Notes: a model not told the origin generated them from the letters alone. 64,000 bases of DNA from Candidatus Eiseniibacteriota bacterium (GCA_965224245.1 OZ245046.1:4832001-4896000); one strand, 5' to 3'; positions 8,794 to 19,865 are shown, counted from the first letter of the stretch. Program-made: numbers and translations.

Positions 8794-8963
8794 GAACGGT
8801 TCCTCGTCGAGGGTCCACGGTGGATCGGAATGCGGCCGAGTCTAGCACCCGGGACCGCCGGTGCACGGGCAAAACGCGCTCCCGCTGGACACGGTTCCAC
8901 GTCGCCGGGTACCGTCACGCGCCCGGAAAGCCGTCCACCGCCGGAGGATCGGAGAGCGCGCCC

Positions 8964-11219
8964 ATGTCCCGGACCGATCGCCACGCCGAGACCGCGTTTG
9001 CGGAGATCGAGACGCTGGATCTGGCGGGTGTCGTCGCGGCCGAGGCCGATCTCCCCATCGCCGGCGTCCGCGCGGCCCTCGCGCTTCTCGACGACGCGTG
9101 CACCGTGCCGTTCATTGCCCGCTATCGCAAGGAGGCCACGGGCGGTCTGGACGAGGTCGCGATCGAGACGATCTGCGATCGCAGCCGGCATCACCGCGAG
9201 CTCCTCGATCGGAAGCGCACCGTGCTGTCGACGATCGCCGAGCAGGGAGCGCTCACCGCCGAGCTCCGGGATGCGATCGTCACCTGCACGACGCGAACGG
9301 CGCTCGAGGACCTCTACGCACCCTTCAAGCCTAGGCGCCGTACGCGGGGCTCGATCGCGATCGAGCGCGGTCTCGAGCCGCTGGCCGATCGGATGTGGCG
9401 CGTCCGGGAGGCGGGATCCGACGATCCGGTCGATCCCCTGGAGGTCGCGGCGGCCTACGTCGACCCCGCGCGCGACGTCCCCACGGCCGAGGACGCCCTG
9501 GCCGGGGCACGCGACATCGTCGCCGAGCGGATCGCGAACACGGCGGCGCTCCGGGCCGCGGTCCGAGATCTCACCTGGGAGAGCGGGCACCTCCGCTGCG
9601 CCGCCGCCCGGGGCAAGAAGGACCAGACGAGCAAGTTCCAGGACTACTACGACTTCACCCAGCCCGTGCGAGACGTCCCTCCCCATCGGGTCCTGGCCAT
9701 TCGCCGGGGCGAGAAGGAGGGCTTCCTGACGTATCGCATCCGGCCCGACGAGAACCGCGCCCGCGAGCTCGTCCGCTCGCGCGTGATCACGAACCGGGGC
9801 TCGGCCTGGCGCGACACGCTGCGGACGGCCTGTGACGATGCCTACGATCGCCTGCTCTCGGTTCAGGTCGAGACCGATGTTCGCACGGCGATCCGGGAGA
9901 CCGCCGAAGCCTCGGCGATCGACGTGTTCGCATCCAACCTCCGCGAGCTTCTCCTGTCGCCGCCGTTCGGGGCCCGCCCGGTGATCGGCGTGGATCCAGG
10001 CTTTCGCACCGGCTGCAAGCTCGCCGTGCTCGACGCGACCGGCAAGCTCGTGGCTCACGGCGTCGTGCATCCGGTCGAGCCGCGATCCGACGTGCACGGC
10101 ACCACACGCGCGCTCGTGCGCTGGATCGACGCGCACGACGTGGCCGCCGTCGCGGTCGGCAACGGCACCGCGGGCCGCGAGACGTTCGCGATCGTCCGCC
10201 GCGCGCTGGCCGAGGTGCGACCCGACGTCGGCGTCGTGCTCGTCAACGAGTCGGGGGCGTCGGTGTACTCGGCATCGGCGATCGCACGGGAGGAGCTCCC
10301 CGACGTGGACCTCACCGTGCGCGGCGCCGTCTCCATCGGGCGGCGCCTCCAGGATCCCCTGGCCGAGCTCGTTAAGATCGACCCCAGGTCCATCGGCGTC
10401 GGTCAGTACCAGCACGACGTGGACCCGAAGAGCCTCCGCGAGCGACTGGGTAGCGTGGTCTCGAGCAGCGTGAACCACGTCGGCGTGGACGTGAACACGG
10501 CGTCGGCGTCGCTTCTCCGTCACGTGTCCGGCCTCGGTCCGTCGGTCGCCGGTGCGATCGTCTCGCATCGAGACGCACACGGCGCGTTCGCCTCGCGCTC
10601 GGCGCTCATGAAGGTGCCGCGCCTGGGTGACAAGACGTTCGAGCAGGCCGCGGGCTTCCTGCGCGTTCGCGGGGAGAATCCGCTCGACGCGTCGGCCGTG
10701 CACCCCGAGCGGTACGCGCTGGTCGAGCGCATCGCCGCGGATCTCGGCACGCCGGTGGCCGAGCTCGTCGGCAACGCGGGCCTGGCGGCGCGCATCGACG
10801 TCGGGCGCTACGTGGACGACGCGGTGGGGCGATACACGCTGGACGACATCGTCGCCGAGCTCGAGCGTCCCGGCCGCGACCCGCGCCACGACTTCGATCC
10901 GGTGGCGTTCCGCGACGACGTCACGTGCCTGGAGGATCTGGCCGAGGGCATGGACCTCGCCGGCGTCGTCACCAACGTCACGCACTTCGGTGCGTTCGTG
11001 GACGTCGGCGTGCACCAGGACGGCCTCGTCCACGTGAGCGAGATCGCGCACCGCTTCGTGCGAGACCCGTCCGACGAGCTTCGCGTGGGTCAGAGGGTCG
11101 ACGTCCGCGTCATCGGCGTCGATCGCGCGCGCGACCGGATCGCGCTCAGCATCAAGGCACGCCGGCCGGCCCCGGCCAACGCGGACCGTGCGCGGGAGCG
11201 GCGACACGATGGACGCTGA
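8964..11219 (+). CDS. tex: Tex family RNA-binding transcription accessory protein
   Basis: TVPFIARYRKEATGGLDE, GVDPGFRTGCKLA, RRLQDPLAELVKIDPRSIGVGQYQHDV, C-terminal S1 domain. Confidence 0.95.
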   Translation: MSRTDRHAETAFAEIETLDLAGVVAAEADLPIAGVRAALALLDDACTVPFIARYRKEATGGLDEVAIETICDRSRHHRELLDRKRTVLSTIAEQGALTAELRDAIVTCTTRTALEDLYAPFKPRRRTRGSIAIERGLEPLADRMWRVREAGSDDPVDPLEVAAAYVDPARDVPTAEDALAGARDIVAERIANTAALRAAVRDLTWESGHLRCAAARGKKDQTSKFQDYYDFTQPVRDVPPHRVLAIRRGEKEGFLTYRIRPDENRARELVRSRVITNRGSAWRDTLRTACDDAYDRLLSVQVETDVRTAIRETAEASAIDVFASNLRELLLSPPFGARPVIGVDPGFRTGCKLAVLDATGKLVAHGVVHPVEPRSDVHGTTRALVRWIDAHDVAAVAVGNGTAGRETFAIVRRALAEVRPDVGVVLVNESGASVYSASAIAREELPDVDLTVRGAVSIGRRLQDPLAELVKIDPRSIGVGQYQHDVDPKSLRERLGSVVSSSVNHVGVDVNTASASLLRHVSGLGPSVAGAIVSHRDAHGAFASRSALMKVPRLGDKTFEQAAGFLRVRGENPLDASAVHPERYALVERIAADLGTPVAELVGNAGLAARIDVGRYVDDAVGRYTLDDIVAELERPGRDPRHDFDPVAFRDDVTCLEDLAEGMDLAGVVTNVTHFGAFVDVGVHQDGLVHVSEIAHRFVRDPSDELRVGQRVDVRVIGVDRARDRIALSIKARRPAPANADRARERRHDGR

Positions 11220-12096
11220 CGAGAGGCTCATGCGGTTCGTGTCCGGCGTGAGCCGGACGCTGGACCCCTCCCTGATGGCCGAGCCCGCGGCCCTCGTGGC
11301 GCTGACCGACGAGCTCCAGGACGAGCTGAGCGCGCGACCCGGGCACGATCGCCGGAAGAACCGCGTCGTCGACGTCCCCGGGTGCGGCATTCTCCTGAGC
11401 GGACCGCGCGCGTACGGCGGCGATCGGACACGACCGTTCGTGGACGTGGTGGCCTGGTCGTTCGATCCCATCGACGAGACCCACTGGGACCGTCTGGCGG
11501 CGGCGGCTCGCGGAGAGCATCGCCATCATGGTCCCCGGCTGCGCGTGCGCGTGTCCCCACCCGCGGCGCGGGCGCTCGCCGCCTTCGCGGACGTCGAAGG
11601 GGATCTGCACGTGATGTCCGAGCGCATCGATCGGCTGCGGGCGCGGCCCCGCCCGGCGGAGTCCGGGCGCGTGGCCGTCGTTCCCATCACGCGTGACAAC
11701 TACTACGAGCGCTACCGAAAGGTGCACGAGGCGTTTCGCGAGGCGGACCCGGTCCTGCGGGATCGGGTGTCGATCTCCAGCCACCCGTCGCTGGAGGTCG
11801 CGCGAGCCGCGGGTCTCCTGTACGACGTGATCGTGGACGGCGCGTGGGCCGGGCTCATCGCCGCGAGGCCGGGGCGTCTCGCCGGCGCCGCGGGATACGT
11901 CGTCGAGGAGGAGATCCTCGTGGCCGAGCATCGCGGGCGCGGTCTCGGCGCGGCGATGCAGCGCGCGTTCGTGGATCGGCTCGACGGGTCGGGGGGGCGG
12001 CACCTCGTCGGGACGATCGATGTGGCCAACGTCGCGTCGCGCCGAACCGCCGAGCGCGTGGGGCGCCGGGAGATCGCACGCTACGTGTTCGTTTGA
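11209..12096 (+). CDS. GNAT-family acetyltransferase-like protein
   Basis: EHRGRGLG acetyl-CoA motif and NVASRRTAERVG at the C-terminus; overlaps tex stop. Confidence 0.7.
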   Translation: MDADERLMRFVSGVSRTLDPSLMAEPAALVALTDELQDELSARPGHDRRKNRVVDVPGCGILLSGPRAYGGDRTRPFVDVVAWSFDPIDETHWDRLAAAARGEHRHHGPRLRVRVSPPAARALAAFADVEGDLHVMSERIDRLRARPRPAESGRVAVVPITRDNYYERYRKVHEAFREADPVLRDRVSISSHPSLEVARAAGLLYDVIVDGAWAGLIAARPGRLAGAAGYVVEEEILVAEHRGRGLGAAMQRAFVDRLDGSGGRHLVGTIDVANVASRRTAERVGRREIARYVFV

Positions 12097-12134
12097 GCCG
12101 TCCGACCGTCCGGCGCTGGCCGACGCGATGGGCG

Positions 12135-13604
12135 TCACTTCCCGATGCAGAACTCCGAGAAGATCACGTCGAGCACGTCGGCGCCCACGCGCTCTCCGGT
12201 GATCAGCCCGATCGCGTTGGCCGCGGCGCGCAGCTCTTCGGCCACGAGCTCGTGCGCCGCGTCGGGCGCGCCGCCGGGCGCGCCGCCGGACACGTCGTCG
12301 TGTCCGGCGGCACAGGAGAAGAGGTCCCTCGCACGGGCGATCGCGGCCGCCGCCTCGTCGAGCGCGGCCTCCTGACGGCGCCCCACGACGAGCACGTCTC
12401 CAGCCTCGATCCCCTCGCCGACGATCGTGCGCTCGACCGCGCGGCGGAGCGTGTCCACGCCGGCGCCGGTCAGGGCCGAGACGTGCAGCACACACGCGCT
12501 CGGCGCCGGCGCCCCCGGCGTCGACGGCGATGCCGACGTCGGAGGAAGGGTCAAGACGACGGGGCGGTCGCACTTGTTCACGACGACGAGCGCGCGCCCC
12601 GGGACGCATGCGTCCACGAGTCCGCGCTCCTCGTCCGTCAGGTCGGGGCGGCTCCCGTCCAGCACGACGACGTGCACGTCTCCGCCGGCCAGCGTCTCGC
12701 GCGTTCGACGAACACCTTCGGCCTCGACCACGTCCGGGGCGTCGGCCAGGCCCGCGGTGTCCACCAGACGAGCAGCCACGGCGCCGAACGTCACCTCCGC
12801 GTCGATCACGTCACGCGTGGTTCCCGGCGTCGCGTGCACGATGGCGCGATCTCGTCCGAGAATCGCGTTGAAGAGCGACGATTTGCCGACGTTGGGAGCC
12901 CCGGTCAGGACCACCTCCGTCACCCCGAGGAGGGGTCGGCCCCGGCGTGCGGCCTCGACGAGCCGGACCAGCGCGCGGTGCACCTCGCCGAGCGACTCGC
13001 GCATGCGCACCCGATCCGGATCGGCCAGGTCCTCGTCCGGGAAGTCGATCGTCGCCTCCAGGATCGCCAGCTCGTGGAGGACGCGACGTCGCAGCTCGCC
13101 CACCTCGGTCGAGAGCGTTCCGCCGAGCTGCCGGAGTGCCGCACGAGCCGCGGCGTCCGTGCGGGAGTCGATGAGCCTGGCCACGGCCTCGGCCTGAGAG
13201 AGATCGAGCTTGCCGTTCAGGAAGGCGCGGCGGGTGAACTCCCCGGGCTCGGCGACACGAGCACCGGAGGCCACGAGGGCATCGATGGCGCGCCGGGCGA
13301 GCGCCGGGTTGCCGTGAAGGCTGATCTCGAGAACGTCCTCGCCGGTGTACGAGTGGGGTGCGCGGAACACGGCGACCACGACCTGGTCGATCGGCTCGTC
13401 GTCTCCGGCCTCGTGAAACGTCCCCACGTGGACCGTGTTCGCGGGCGCGTCGACGAGCGGGGATCGGGCGCGGACGTGGCGGGAGCCGATCGCGAGCGCG
13501 CCCGGACCGGCGAGGCGGACGGTCGCGAGCGCGGCGCGCCCGACCGGCGTCGACAGCGCGACGATCGTGTCGTCCGACGCGTCGCCCGGGTCCTCGCGCG
13601 CCAC
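12135..13604 (-). CDS. mnmE: tRNA modification GTPase MnmE
   Basis: DTIVALST, PHSYTGED, GAPNVGKSS, GTTRD, DTAG, NKCD, terminal FCIGK. Confidence 0.97.
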   Translation of the reverse strand: MAREDPGDASDDTIVALSTPVGRAALATVRLAGPGALAIGSRHVRARSPLVDAPANTVHVGTFHEAGDDEPIDQVVVAVFRAPHSYTGEDVLEISLHGNPALARRAIDALVASGARVAEPGEFTRRAFLNGKLDLSQAEAVARLIDSRTDAAARAALRQLGGTLSTEVGELRRRVLHELAILEATIDFPDEDLADPDRVRMRESLGEVHRALVRLVEAARRGRPLLGVTEVVLTGAPNVGKSSLFNAILGRDRAIVHATPGTTRDVIDAEVTFGAVAARLVDTAGLADAPDVVEAEGVRRTRETLAGGDVHVVVLDGSRPDLTDEERGLVDACVPGRALVVVNKCDRPVVLTLPPTSASPSTPGAPAPSACVLHVSALTGAGVDTLRRAVERTIVGEGIEAGDVLVVGRRQEAALDEAAAAIARARDLFSCAAGHDDVSGGAPGGAPDAAHELVAEELRAAANAIGLITGERVGADVLDVIFSEFCIGK

Positions 13605-13621
13605 GCCGGAGTCCTCGTGGC

Positions 13622-14989
13622 CTACAGTCGGCGGCGTGCCGGCCGGCGGCGGCGGGAGCGCGCGCCCACCTTCGGCTGCTCGTCGCTCGGTGACTCGCTC
13701 GACTCGGTGGACTCGCGCGGGTCCTGACCCGAGGACGAGCCGCTGCCGAGGCCGAGCATGTCGAGGGGCTCCTCGGCGACGACGTACTTCTTGCCGGAGT
13801 CCGGCTCGCCGCCACGGTCGTCGTGTCGCGGCCGATCCTCGCGCGGGCCGCCACGGGGGCGCCGGTCGCCCCGGCCCCTACCGCCCCGATCGCCGCGGTC
13901 GCCTCGATCGCCACGGTCGCCACGGTCGCCACGACGTCCGGAGCCCTCGCCCCGGGGGCCGCGGTCGTCCCGGTCGCGTTCCATGCGCTCGAAGCGCGGT
14001 GCGCGATCGGGCTCGGTGGGCTCGATCTCGCCGGTCGGACGGATCAGGATGCGCTTCTGGCTCCCGTTGCCGATGGCCTGCGTCTCGACCCCGGGCGTGT
14101 CCGCGAGCGCGCGGTGCACGATGCGACGATCCCCGGCCACCATGGGCTCGGTCTTGATCTCGCGCCCGGTCTTGATCGCTTCTTCACCCATCTCGACCGC
14201 GCGCTCGTGCAGCGCCTCGGTGCGGCGCTCGCGATACCCGCTGATGTCCACCGTCACCGACAGCCGTTCCTTCATCTCGCGGCTCGTCACCCGGGTCACG
14301 ACGTGCTGGAGCGCCTGCAGCGTCTCGCCCTTCCGGCCGATCAGGAGCCCTTCGCGATCGTTGCAGTCGACGTTCACTCGAACCTGGCCGTCGTCGACGC
14401 CACCCTCGACGGTCGCCTCGAACCCCATCTTCTCCAGGATCGTGTTGGTGATCGTCGCCGCCGTGGTCGCGGCGGCCGAGAGGTCGATCGTGGACGCGGC
14501 GTCACCGCGATCGGCGCGGGGGGAGCGCCCGTCGCGGCGACCGCCGCGATCGCCACGGGCCGATCGGCCTCCACGGGAACGCTCGCCGCGCGGGCCATCG
14601 GACCGACGCCCGCTTCCCTCGCCGGCGGACGAGGCGGACGAGCCGGCCCGGGGGGCGTCCCGGCGCCCTCCTTCCCGGCGCGGCTCGCGGCCGCGCTCGC
14701 GGCCGCCGCGGCCTCGGTCCCGGTCCCGGTCGCGTCCCCGGCCCCGGTCGCCACGGCCGCCATCACGGCTCCCGGCGTCACGACCGCCGGCGCCGCGGCG
14801 CGCCTTCTTCAAGCTCACGAACACCCGGGCCGGACGACCGCCGAACACGCCGAGGAAGCCCTTCTTCCCCTCGTCGATGACCTTGACGTCGACGTCGTCA
14901 CGCGTGGCCCCGAGCCGTCCGAGCGCGTCCTGAATGGCCGCCTCGACGGTCTCGGCGCTGGCTTCGATGTGAGTCTCGGTGGACTGCAT
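13622..14989 (-). CDS. jag: Jag/KhpB/EloR RNA-binding protein with long RG/RD-rich insertions
   Basis: Jag_N (KKGFLGVFGGRPA), KH (GLLIGRKGETLQALQ), R3H (RRIVH); located between yidC and mnmE. Confidence 0.92.
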   Translation of the reverse strand: MQSTETHIEASAETVEAAIQDALGRLGATRDDVDVKVIDEGKKGFLGVFGGRPARVFVSLKKARRGAGGRDAGSRDGGRGDRGRGRDRDRDRGRGGRERGREPRREGGRRDAPRAGSSASSAGEGSGRRSDGPRGERSRGGRSARGDRGGRRDGRSPRADRGDAASTIDLSAAATTAATITNTILEKMGFEATVEGGVDDGQVRVNVDCNDREGLLIGRKGETLQALQHVVTRVTSREMKERLSVTVDISGYRERRTEALHERAVEMGEEAIKTGREIKTEPMVAGDRRIVHRALADTPGVETQAIGNGSQKRILIRPTGEIEPTEPDRAPRFERMERDRDDRGPRGEGSGRRGDRGDRGDRGDRGDRGGRGRGDRRPRGGPREDRPRHDDRGGEPDSGKKYVVAEEPLDMLGLGSGSSSGQDPRESTESSESPSDEQPKVGARSRRRRPARRRL

Positions 14990-15037
14990 GTGGGTTTCTC
15001 CTCGTCCCTTCCGGTCAGCGCCGGTGGGATGTCGCGG

Positions 15038-16747
15038 TTACGCCGCTTTCGCGGGCTTCGAGGCCGCATCGCCTCGAGTGATGGCTTGCTCCGCCCAGGT
15101 GAACAGGTTCTGCACGGTCCAGTACAGGTTCAGCCCGGCGGGCATCGAGTAGAAGAAGAACAGCATCATGACCGGCATCAGGTACATCAGGCTCTTTTGC
15201 CGCGGATCGGTCATCATGGCCGTCGTCTTCTGCATCAGGATCGTGGACGCGGCCATCACGAGCGGCAGCACGTGTAACGCGTCCGGCAGCATCGGGAACT
15301 GGCCGAAGTGCACGAGGGTGTCCGGCGCCGACAGATCGTTGATCCAGAACAGGAACGGCGCCTGACGAAGCTCGATCGCGTTCCGGAGGACACCGTACAG
15401 CGCGAAGAAGACCGGCATCTGGATCAGCAGCGGCAGACAGCCCGCGGCCGGATTCACCCCGTGCTTCTTGTAGAGCGCCATCGTCTCCAGGCTGACCTTC
15501 TGCTGATCGCCCTTGTACTTCTCCTGGATGCGCTCGATCTCGGGCTTCAGCGCCGACATTCGCTTCATCGACGCGGTGCCCTTGCGCGTCAGGGGGAAGA
15601 ACAGGAGCTTCGTGATCAGCGCGACCAGGATGATCGCGATCCCGTAGTTCGGGATGACGGCGTGGATCGCATTCAGCGCCTCGTACACCAGGCGCGCGAG
15701 CCAGCCGAAGATCGCGCCGAGGAACATGTTGGATCGGATCCCGATCTTCGAGTCGATCCCCTCGCCCAGGTGCGTCAGGCGGTCCTGCTCGATCGGCCCC
15801 ACGTACAGCACGAAGCCGTCGCCGGCCGCCCCCTCGACGAGCTCGGAGGTCACCGCCCATCCGACGCGATGGGTCAGCTTCTCGCCGAACAGCGCCGCCT
15901 CCTCGGCGCCTCCGCCCTGGACGAAGAGCGCCGATATGAAGTACTTCGTCCGCGTGGCCGCCCATCGCACCTGACCCTCGAACTCCGAGGAGAAGTCGTC
16001 GAGCCCCTTGCGCTCGATGTTCTCGCCGATGCGGGCCAGGGCGGCGAACTCGGTCAGGTCGCCCTTCTGGTGCTCCTCGGTGACCGGGAGTCCGTCGGTC
16101 CACGAGAGCGTGTAGTGTCCGTCCGCTCGCCGGCCCACGCCGGAGATCTCCACCCGCGAGTCGATCGTGTAGTAGTCGGGGTCGAACGCGTAGTGGCGTT
16201 CGACGTGCGCTCCGTTGGCGCCCGTCGTGGTGAAGACCAGCTTCGCGATCTCGAGCTCGGGGCTGGACTCGGCGCGGGTGGAGAAGATCGTCTCCTCGAG
16301 GGTCAGCGCGGCCCGGCCGCCCTCTCCGTCGGGATCCACGCGGAGGACCGGCTGGGCCACGTCGGTGTCGACGAGCACCAGCGGCTGCCCGCCGGGGTCG
16401 TCGTAGCCGAGTGTCGTGAAGCGGACGAGCCCGCCGCCACGATTGGAGAACACCGCCTCGTAGAGGGGCGTCCGTACGGTGATGAGCTCCTCGATGGTCG
16501 TCTCGCCACCGGCGAACGTGTCGGTCGTGTCGGCCTCGTCCACGTCGGAGCCGAGGTCGTCCAGGGTCGAGGGGCGCTCGGGCTCGGTGAGGGTCGGCGG
16601 TTCAGGGGTGCCGCGGCTCGCGACCTCTCCGGTCGCGGGGAGATCGTCGGTCTCGTGCCGTGGCGTCGGCCGGGGTCCGAAGAAGACCATCCAGCCCAGG
16701 TAGACCAGCACGCTGAGCATGACGGCCAGGAGTGTTCGTCGGTCCAT
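15038..16747 (-). CDS. yidC: Membrane protein insertase YidC
   Basis: N-terminal TM, periplasmic domain, NYGIAII, GCLPLLIQMPVFFALY, PAGLNLYW. Confidence 0.97.
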   Translation of the reverse strand: MDRRTLLAVMLSVLVYLGWMVFFGPRPTPRHETDDLPATGEVASRGTPEPPTLTEPERPSTLDDLGSDVDEADTTDTFAGGETTIEELITVRTPLYEAVFSNRGGGLVRFTTLGYDDPGGQPLVLVDTDVAQPVLRVDPDGEGGRAALTLEETIFSTRAESSPELEIAKLVFTTTGANGAHVERHYAFDPDYYTIDSRVEISGVGRRADGHYTLSWTDGLPVTEEHQKGDLTEFAALARIGENIERKGLDDFSSEFEGQVRWAATRTKYFISALFVQGGGAEEAALFGEKLTHRVGWAVTSELVEGAAGDGFVLYVGPIEQDRLTHLGEGIDSKIGIRSNMFLGAIFGWLARLVYEALNAIHAVIPNYGIAIILVALITKLLFFPLTRKGTASMKRMSALKPEIERIQEKYKGDQQKVSLETMALYKKHGVNPAAGCLPLLIQMPVFFALYGVLRNAIELRQAPFLFWINDLSAPDTLVHFGQFPMLPDALHVLPLVMAASTILMQKTTAMMTDPRQKSLMYLMPVMMLFFFYSMPAGLNLYWTVQNLFTWAEQAITRGDAASKPAKAA

Positions 16748-16784
16748 GTTTCGCTCTCAGCGAGGCGATCGTTCGGAAGCTCGG

Positions 16785-17069
16785 TCAGACGACGGGGTCG
16801 CAGCCGCTCCCTCCGTAGGGATGACAGCGACCCAGGCGCCGCACGGCGAGCCAGACCCCTCTGACGGGGCCGTGCTTCTCGATGGCCTCGCGGGCATACT
16901 GGGAACAGGTCGGCACGAAGCGACACGTGCTGGGAAGGACGGGCGAGAGGACCTTCTGATAGGCGACGATGCACGCCACGAGCGCGCGCGCGACGATCCA
17001 CCGCAACCGGCTCGCGGCCGCCGCGGGCGACGCGTGCGTCTCAGGATGGAGGTTCGCGGTGTGCGCCAT
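16785..17069 (-). CDS. yidD: Membrane protein insertion efficiency factor YidD
   Basis: [15 protein letters not shown]...RCHPY..GCDPV. Confidence 0.95.
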   Translation of the reverse strand: MAHTANLHPETHASPAAAASRLRWIVARALVACIVAYQKVLSPVLPSTCRFVPTCSQYAREAIEKHGPVRGVWLAVRRLGRCHPYGGSGCDPVV

Positions 17070-17535
17070 CGATCACTCCGGACAGCTCGAAGAGCCGACG
17101 CATCTCGGCCAGCGCGTCGTCCCGGTGCGCGTCGACCAGGGGCCGGCGGGCGATGAGGACGATGTGCATCGCGCGCGCGGTCTCGTTGAGCTCCACGCGC
17201 AGGTACCGATACGCCTCGCGAAGGAGCCGGCGTGCCCGGTTGCGCGCCACCGCGCCCCCGACCTTCCGGCTCGCCACGAAGCCGACGCGCCGCGCTCCCG
17301 GAACCGGGTGCGTGATCAGCACCATGAGCTGGCCACGCACGCTCTTCCCGTTGTCGTATGCGCTGCGGAACCCCTGCCGGCTCCGGAGCAGCTCGCCTCG
17401 GGGAAGACGGTATCGGGGCGTCTCGTCGACCTCGACTCTCGACGTTGCTGGTTCTCGCTCGTCCTTCCCCTCCCGGGGCTCCGTCGCGTCGGACCGCTCG
17501 GGTCCTGTCTCGTCGGGACGATGGGCTGGAGCCAC
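17041..17535 (-). CDS. rnpA: Ribonuclease P protein component (start uncertain)
   Basis: [25 protein letters not shown] (RNR motif); synteny rpmH-rnpA-yidD. Confidence 0.9.
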   Translation of the reverse strand: MAPAHRPDETGPERSDATEPREGKDEREPATSRVEVDETPRYRLPRGELLRSRQGFRSAYDNGKSVRGQLMVLITHPVPGARRVGFVASRKVGGAVARNRARRLLREAYRYLRVELNETARAMHIVLIARRPLVDAHRDDALAEMRRLFELSGVIDGAHREPPS

Positions 17536-17585
17536 CGGAGGGAAGTCACTTCGCAGGTAAACGAACTGGTTAGCGCCGAACGCGC

Positions 17586-17729
17586 CTACTCGTCGGACAC
17601 CGTGAGGCGCTTGCGCCCCTTGGCGCGGCGCTTCTTCAACACGCGCCGGCCGTTCGCCGACGCCATGCGCTTGCGGAAGCCGTGCTTCTTGCGGCGCCGG
17701 CGGTTGTGCGGCTGATACGTCCGCTTCAT
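17586..17729 (-). CDS. rpmH: 50S ribosomal protein L34
   Basis: [44 protein letters not shown]. Confidence 0.98.
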   Translation of the reverse strand: MKRTYQPHNRRRRKKHGFRKRMASANGRRVLKKRRAKGRKRLTVSDE

Positions 17730-17966
17730 CTGTTTCGTACCTCGATCGGTAGAGGGTTGGTCGGGATCACGCCGATCCCGCGTGCGCGCGCCCCGCCGGC
17801 GCCGCGACGGCACCCGGGACGATCAAGAAGCGCGTACGTCTCCCACGCGTCTCGTTTGCAGACGGAGGAGTGTCGGCCAGACCGGCTTCGCCTGTCAAGA
17901 TTCGCGCTTCCGGGCCTCGGGGTCGATCCTCGGCGTCGGGCCCGTCGCGATGTCCGGGGTGGTGAC

Positions 17967-19865
17967 GTGATCGTCGCGTTCGACGACCTGGTCGACTCGG
18001 CGGCCTCGGTGATCGGGCCTCTGTGCCATGGGCCTCGGCTCCACGGTCAACCTGGCCTACCATGGGGCCGACCGGCAGAGGACCCCTTCGGCAGGAGACA
18101 CGCAATCCGATCGCTCGTTCGAGCCCTGGGCTCTCGCGGCAGTGCGGCGCCGGCGCTGATCGTGGTCTCGCTCGTCTACGTCGCCTCGCTCGCGACCCAG
18201 GAGACGCAGGCATTCTGGACGACCGACAACGCCAACAAGTTCCTGCAGATGGAGTCGATCGTCGCTTCGCAGCATCGCGACTACGCCATCGCCTGGCCGG
18301 GGGTCGCGATCGACCCTGGGTATCGGTTCAACCCACTGCCGGCGCCGTTCTCCATCGTCGTCGACGGGCGACTCTTCTCGCAGTACTCGCCGGTGTTCGC
18401 GACGGTCTCGTCGGTGCCCTACGGGCTGTGGGGTTACCCGGGCCTCTTCGTGCTCCCGATTCTCGGCGCGATGGTGGCGCTCGCGGGCGTGGCGACGATC
18501 GCCCGTGAAGGGGCTCCCGGCCGCGCGGGGGCCCCCGCACTGGCGGTGGTGATCGCGGGGCTGTCCACCCCGCTGTGGTTCTACGCGGTCGCGTTCTGGG
18601 AGCACACCCTGGCGCTGGCCGCATCGGTGTGGGCGACGCGCACGTTCATCGTCTACGCGCGCAACCCGTCCTGGGGGCGCCTCGTCGTCGCGGTCGGGCT
18701 GTCGTGCGTCGCGGTGGCCTTTCGTGAGGAGCTCGTGCTCCTCTCCGTGGTGTCGATCGCGATGGCGATCGGGGCCTCGCCGCGCCGGCGGGTCCGCACG
18801 GCGGCCATCGCCGCCTCGACGGCCGCGTCATCGCTCGCACCGCTTCTCGCATTTCATGCGTGGGCGCTCGGGCACCCCCTCGGGTTTCACGCGGCGAGCA
18901 ACGCGTCGTCGCTCGCCCAGCTGATCGAGTCGCGGCCGACGGCGTTCTACAACCTGCTCCTGCGCGCCGGGAACCACATCGGGGAGTCGCTCGTGATCAC
19001 GTCGGTGTTCGTCGGCCTCCTGGCGTGGCGGCCGCGCGTGTCGGCTCGTGTGTTTCGCGTGGTGGTGCCGGCGCTCGCGGGCTTCGCGTCGCTGACCGGG
19101 GGCCTGGTTCTGTGGCACCTGGCTCGCTCACCGGATCCGATCGCGACGCTGTCGGTCGTCAACAGCGTGTACCCGTGCGCGCCGATCGTCCTCCTGGCGC
19201 TGGTGCGCCGGCGCTCCGACGACGTCCGGCGCGATCTCGCTGGCCGCGAGTCGGACCCGCTCGCGGCGCGGTGGCTGTGGACGCTCTCGGTCGGTCTCGC
19301 GCTCGGGTACGCGCTGCTCGCGCCGGAGATCTCGACGAGCGGCATGCACTGGGGCAACCGGTTCCTGCTCCCGCTCTATCCGATGCTCTCGGTCCTCGCG
19401 GCATGGAACGTCGTGGACTGGCTCTCGGCCGCGGGGCGATCCGCTCGGGCCAAGGCCGCGATGCTGCCGATGGCGGCCGTGTGCGCGATCGGTGTCGCGG
19501 CCCAGGTCTGGTCCATCGACGTGGCCCGGGCCAAGCGGGCGTTCTCCGCGCGACTGAACCGGATCGTCGCGGAGCGGCCGGAGCAGATCCTCGTGACCGA
19601 CCAGTGGTGGGTGCCTCAGGAGCTCCATGTGTCTTTCGGCCGGAAGATGATGTTCGTCGCTCGAACGCCGTCGGATTTCGCCGATCTCGAGCAGATACTC
19701 GCCGAGCGCGGCCGGCCAGAGTCACTTCTGGTCACGAGCGCGACCGGCCGAGGGGTCCCGGCGGGTGCCGAGCTCGTCCAGGATCGTGACCTGGGGCACT
19801 TCTCCATAATTCTGGCATCACGCCGTTCCGGCGCCTGGCAATCGGAAATCAGAGAAGCAAAATAG
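17967..19865 (+). CDS. Multi-pass membrane protein, GT-C-fold glycosyltransferase-like (start uncertain)
   Basis: About 12 hydrophobic segments, extracytoplasmic loop FWTTDNANKFLQ, plus WEH, FREE and HWGNRFLLP motifs as in GT-C enzymes. Confidence 0.6.
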   Translation: MIVAFDDLVDSAASVIGPLCHGPRLHGQPGLPWGRPAEDPFGRRHAIRSLVRALGSRGSAAPALIVVSLVYVASLATQETQAFWTTDNANKFLQMESIVASQHRDYAIAWPGVAIDPGYRFNPLPAPFSIVVDGRLFSQYSPVFATVSSVPYGLWGYPGLFVLPILGAMVALAGVATIAREGAPGRAGAPALAVVIAGLSTPLWFYAVAFWEHTLALAASVWATRTFIVYARNPSWGRLVVAVGLSCVAVAFREELVLLSVVSIAMAIGASPRRRVRTAAIAASTAASSLAPLLAFHAWALGHPLGFHAASNASSLAQLIESRPTAFYNLLLRAGNHIGESLVITSVFVGLLAWRPRVSARVFRVVVPALAGFASLTGGLVLWHLARSPDPIATLSVVNSVYPCAPIVLLALVRRRSDDVRRDLAGRESDPLAARWLWTLSVGLALGYALLAPEISTSGMHWGNRFLLPLYPMLSVLAAWNVVDWLSAAGRSARAKAAMLPMAAVCAIGVAAQVWSIDVARAKRAFSARLNRIVAERPEQILVTDQWWVPQELHVSFGRKMMFVARTPSDFADLEQILAERGRPESLLVTSATGRGVPAGAELVQDRDLGHFSIILASRRSGAWQSEIREAK

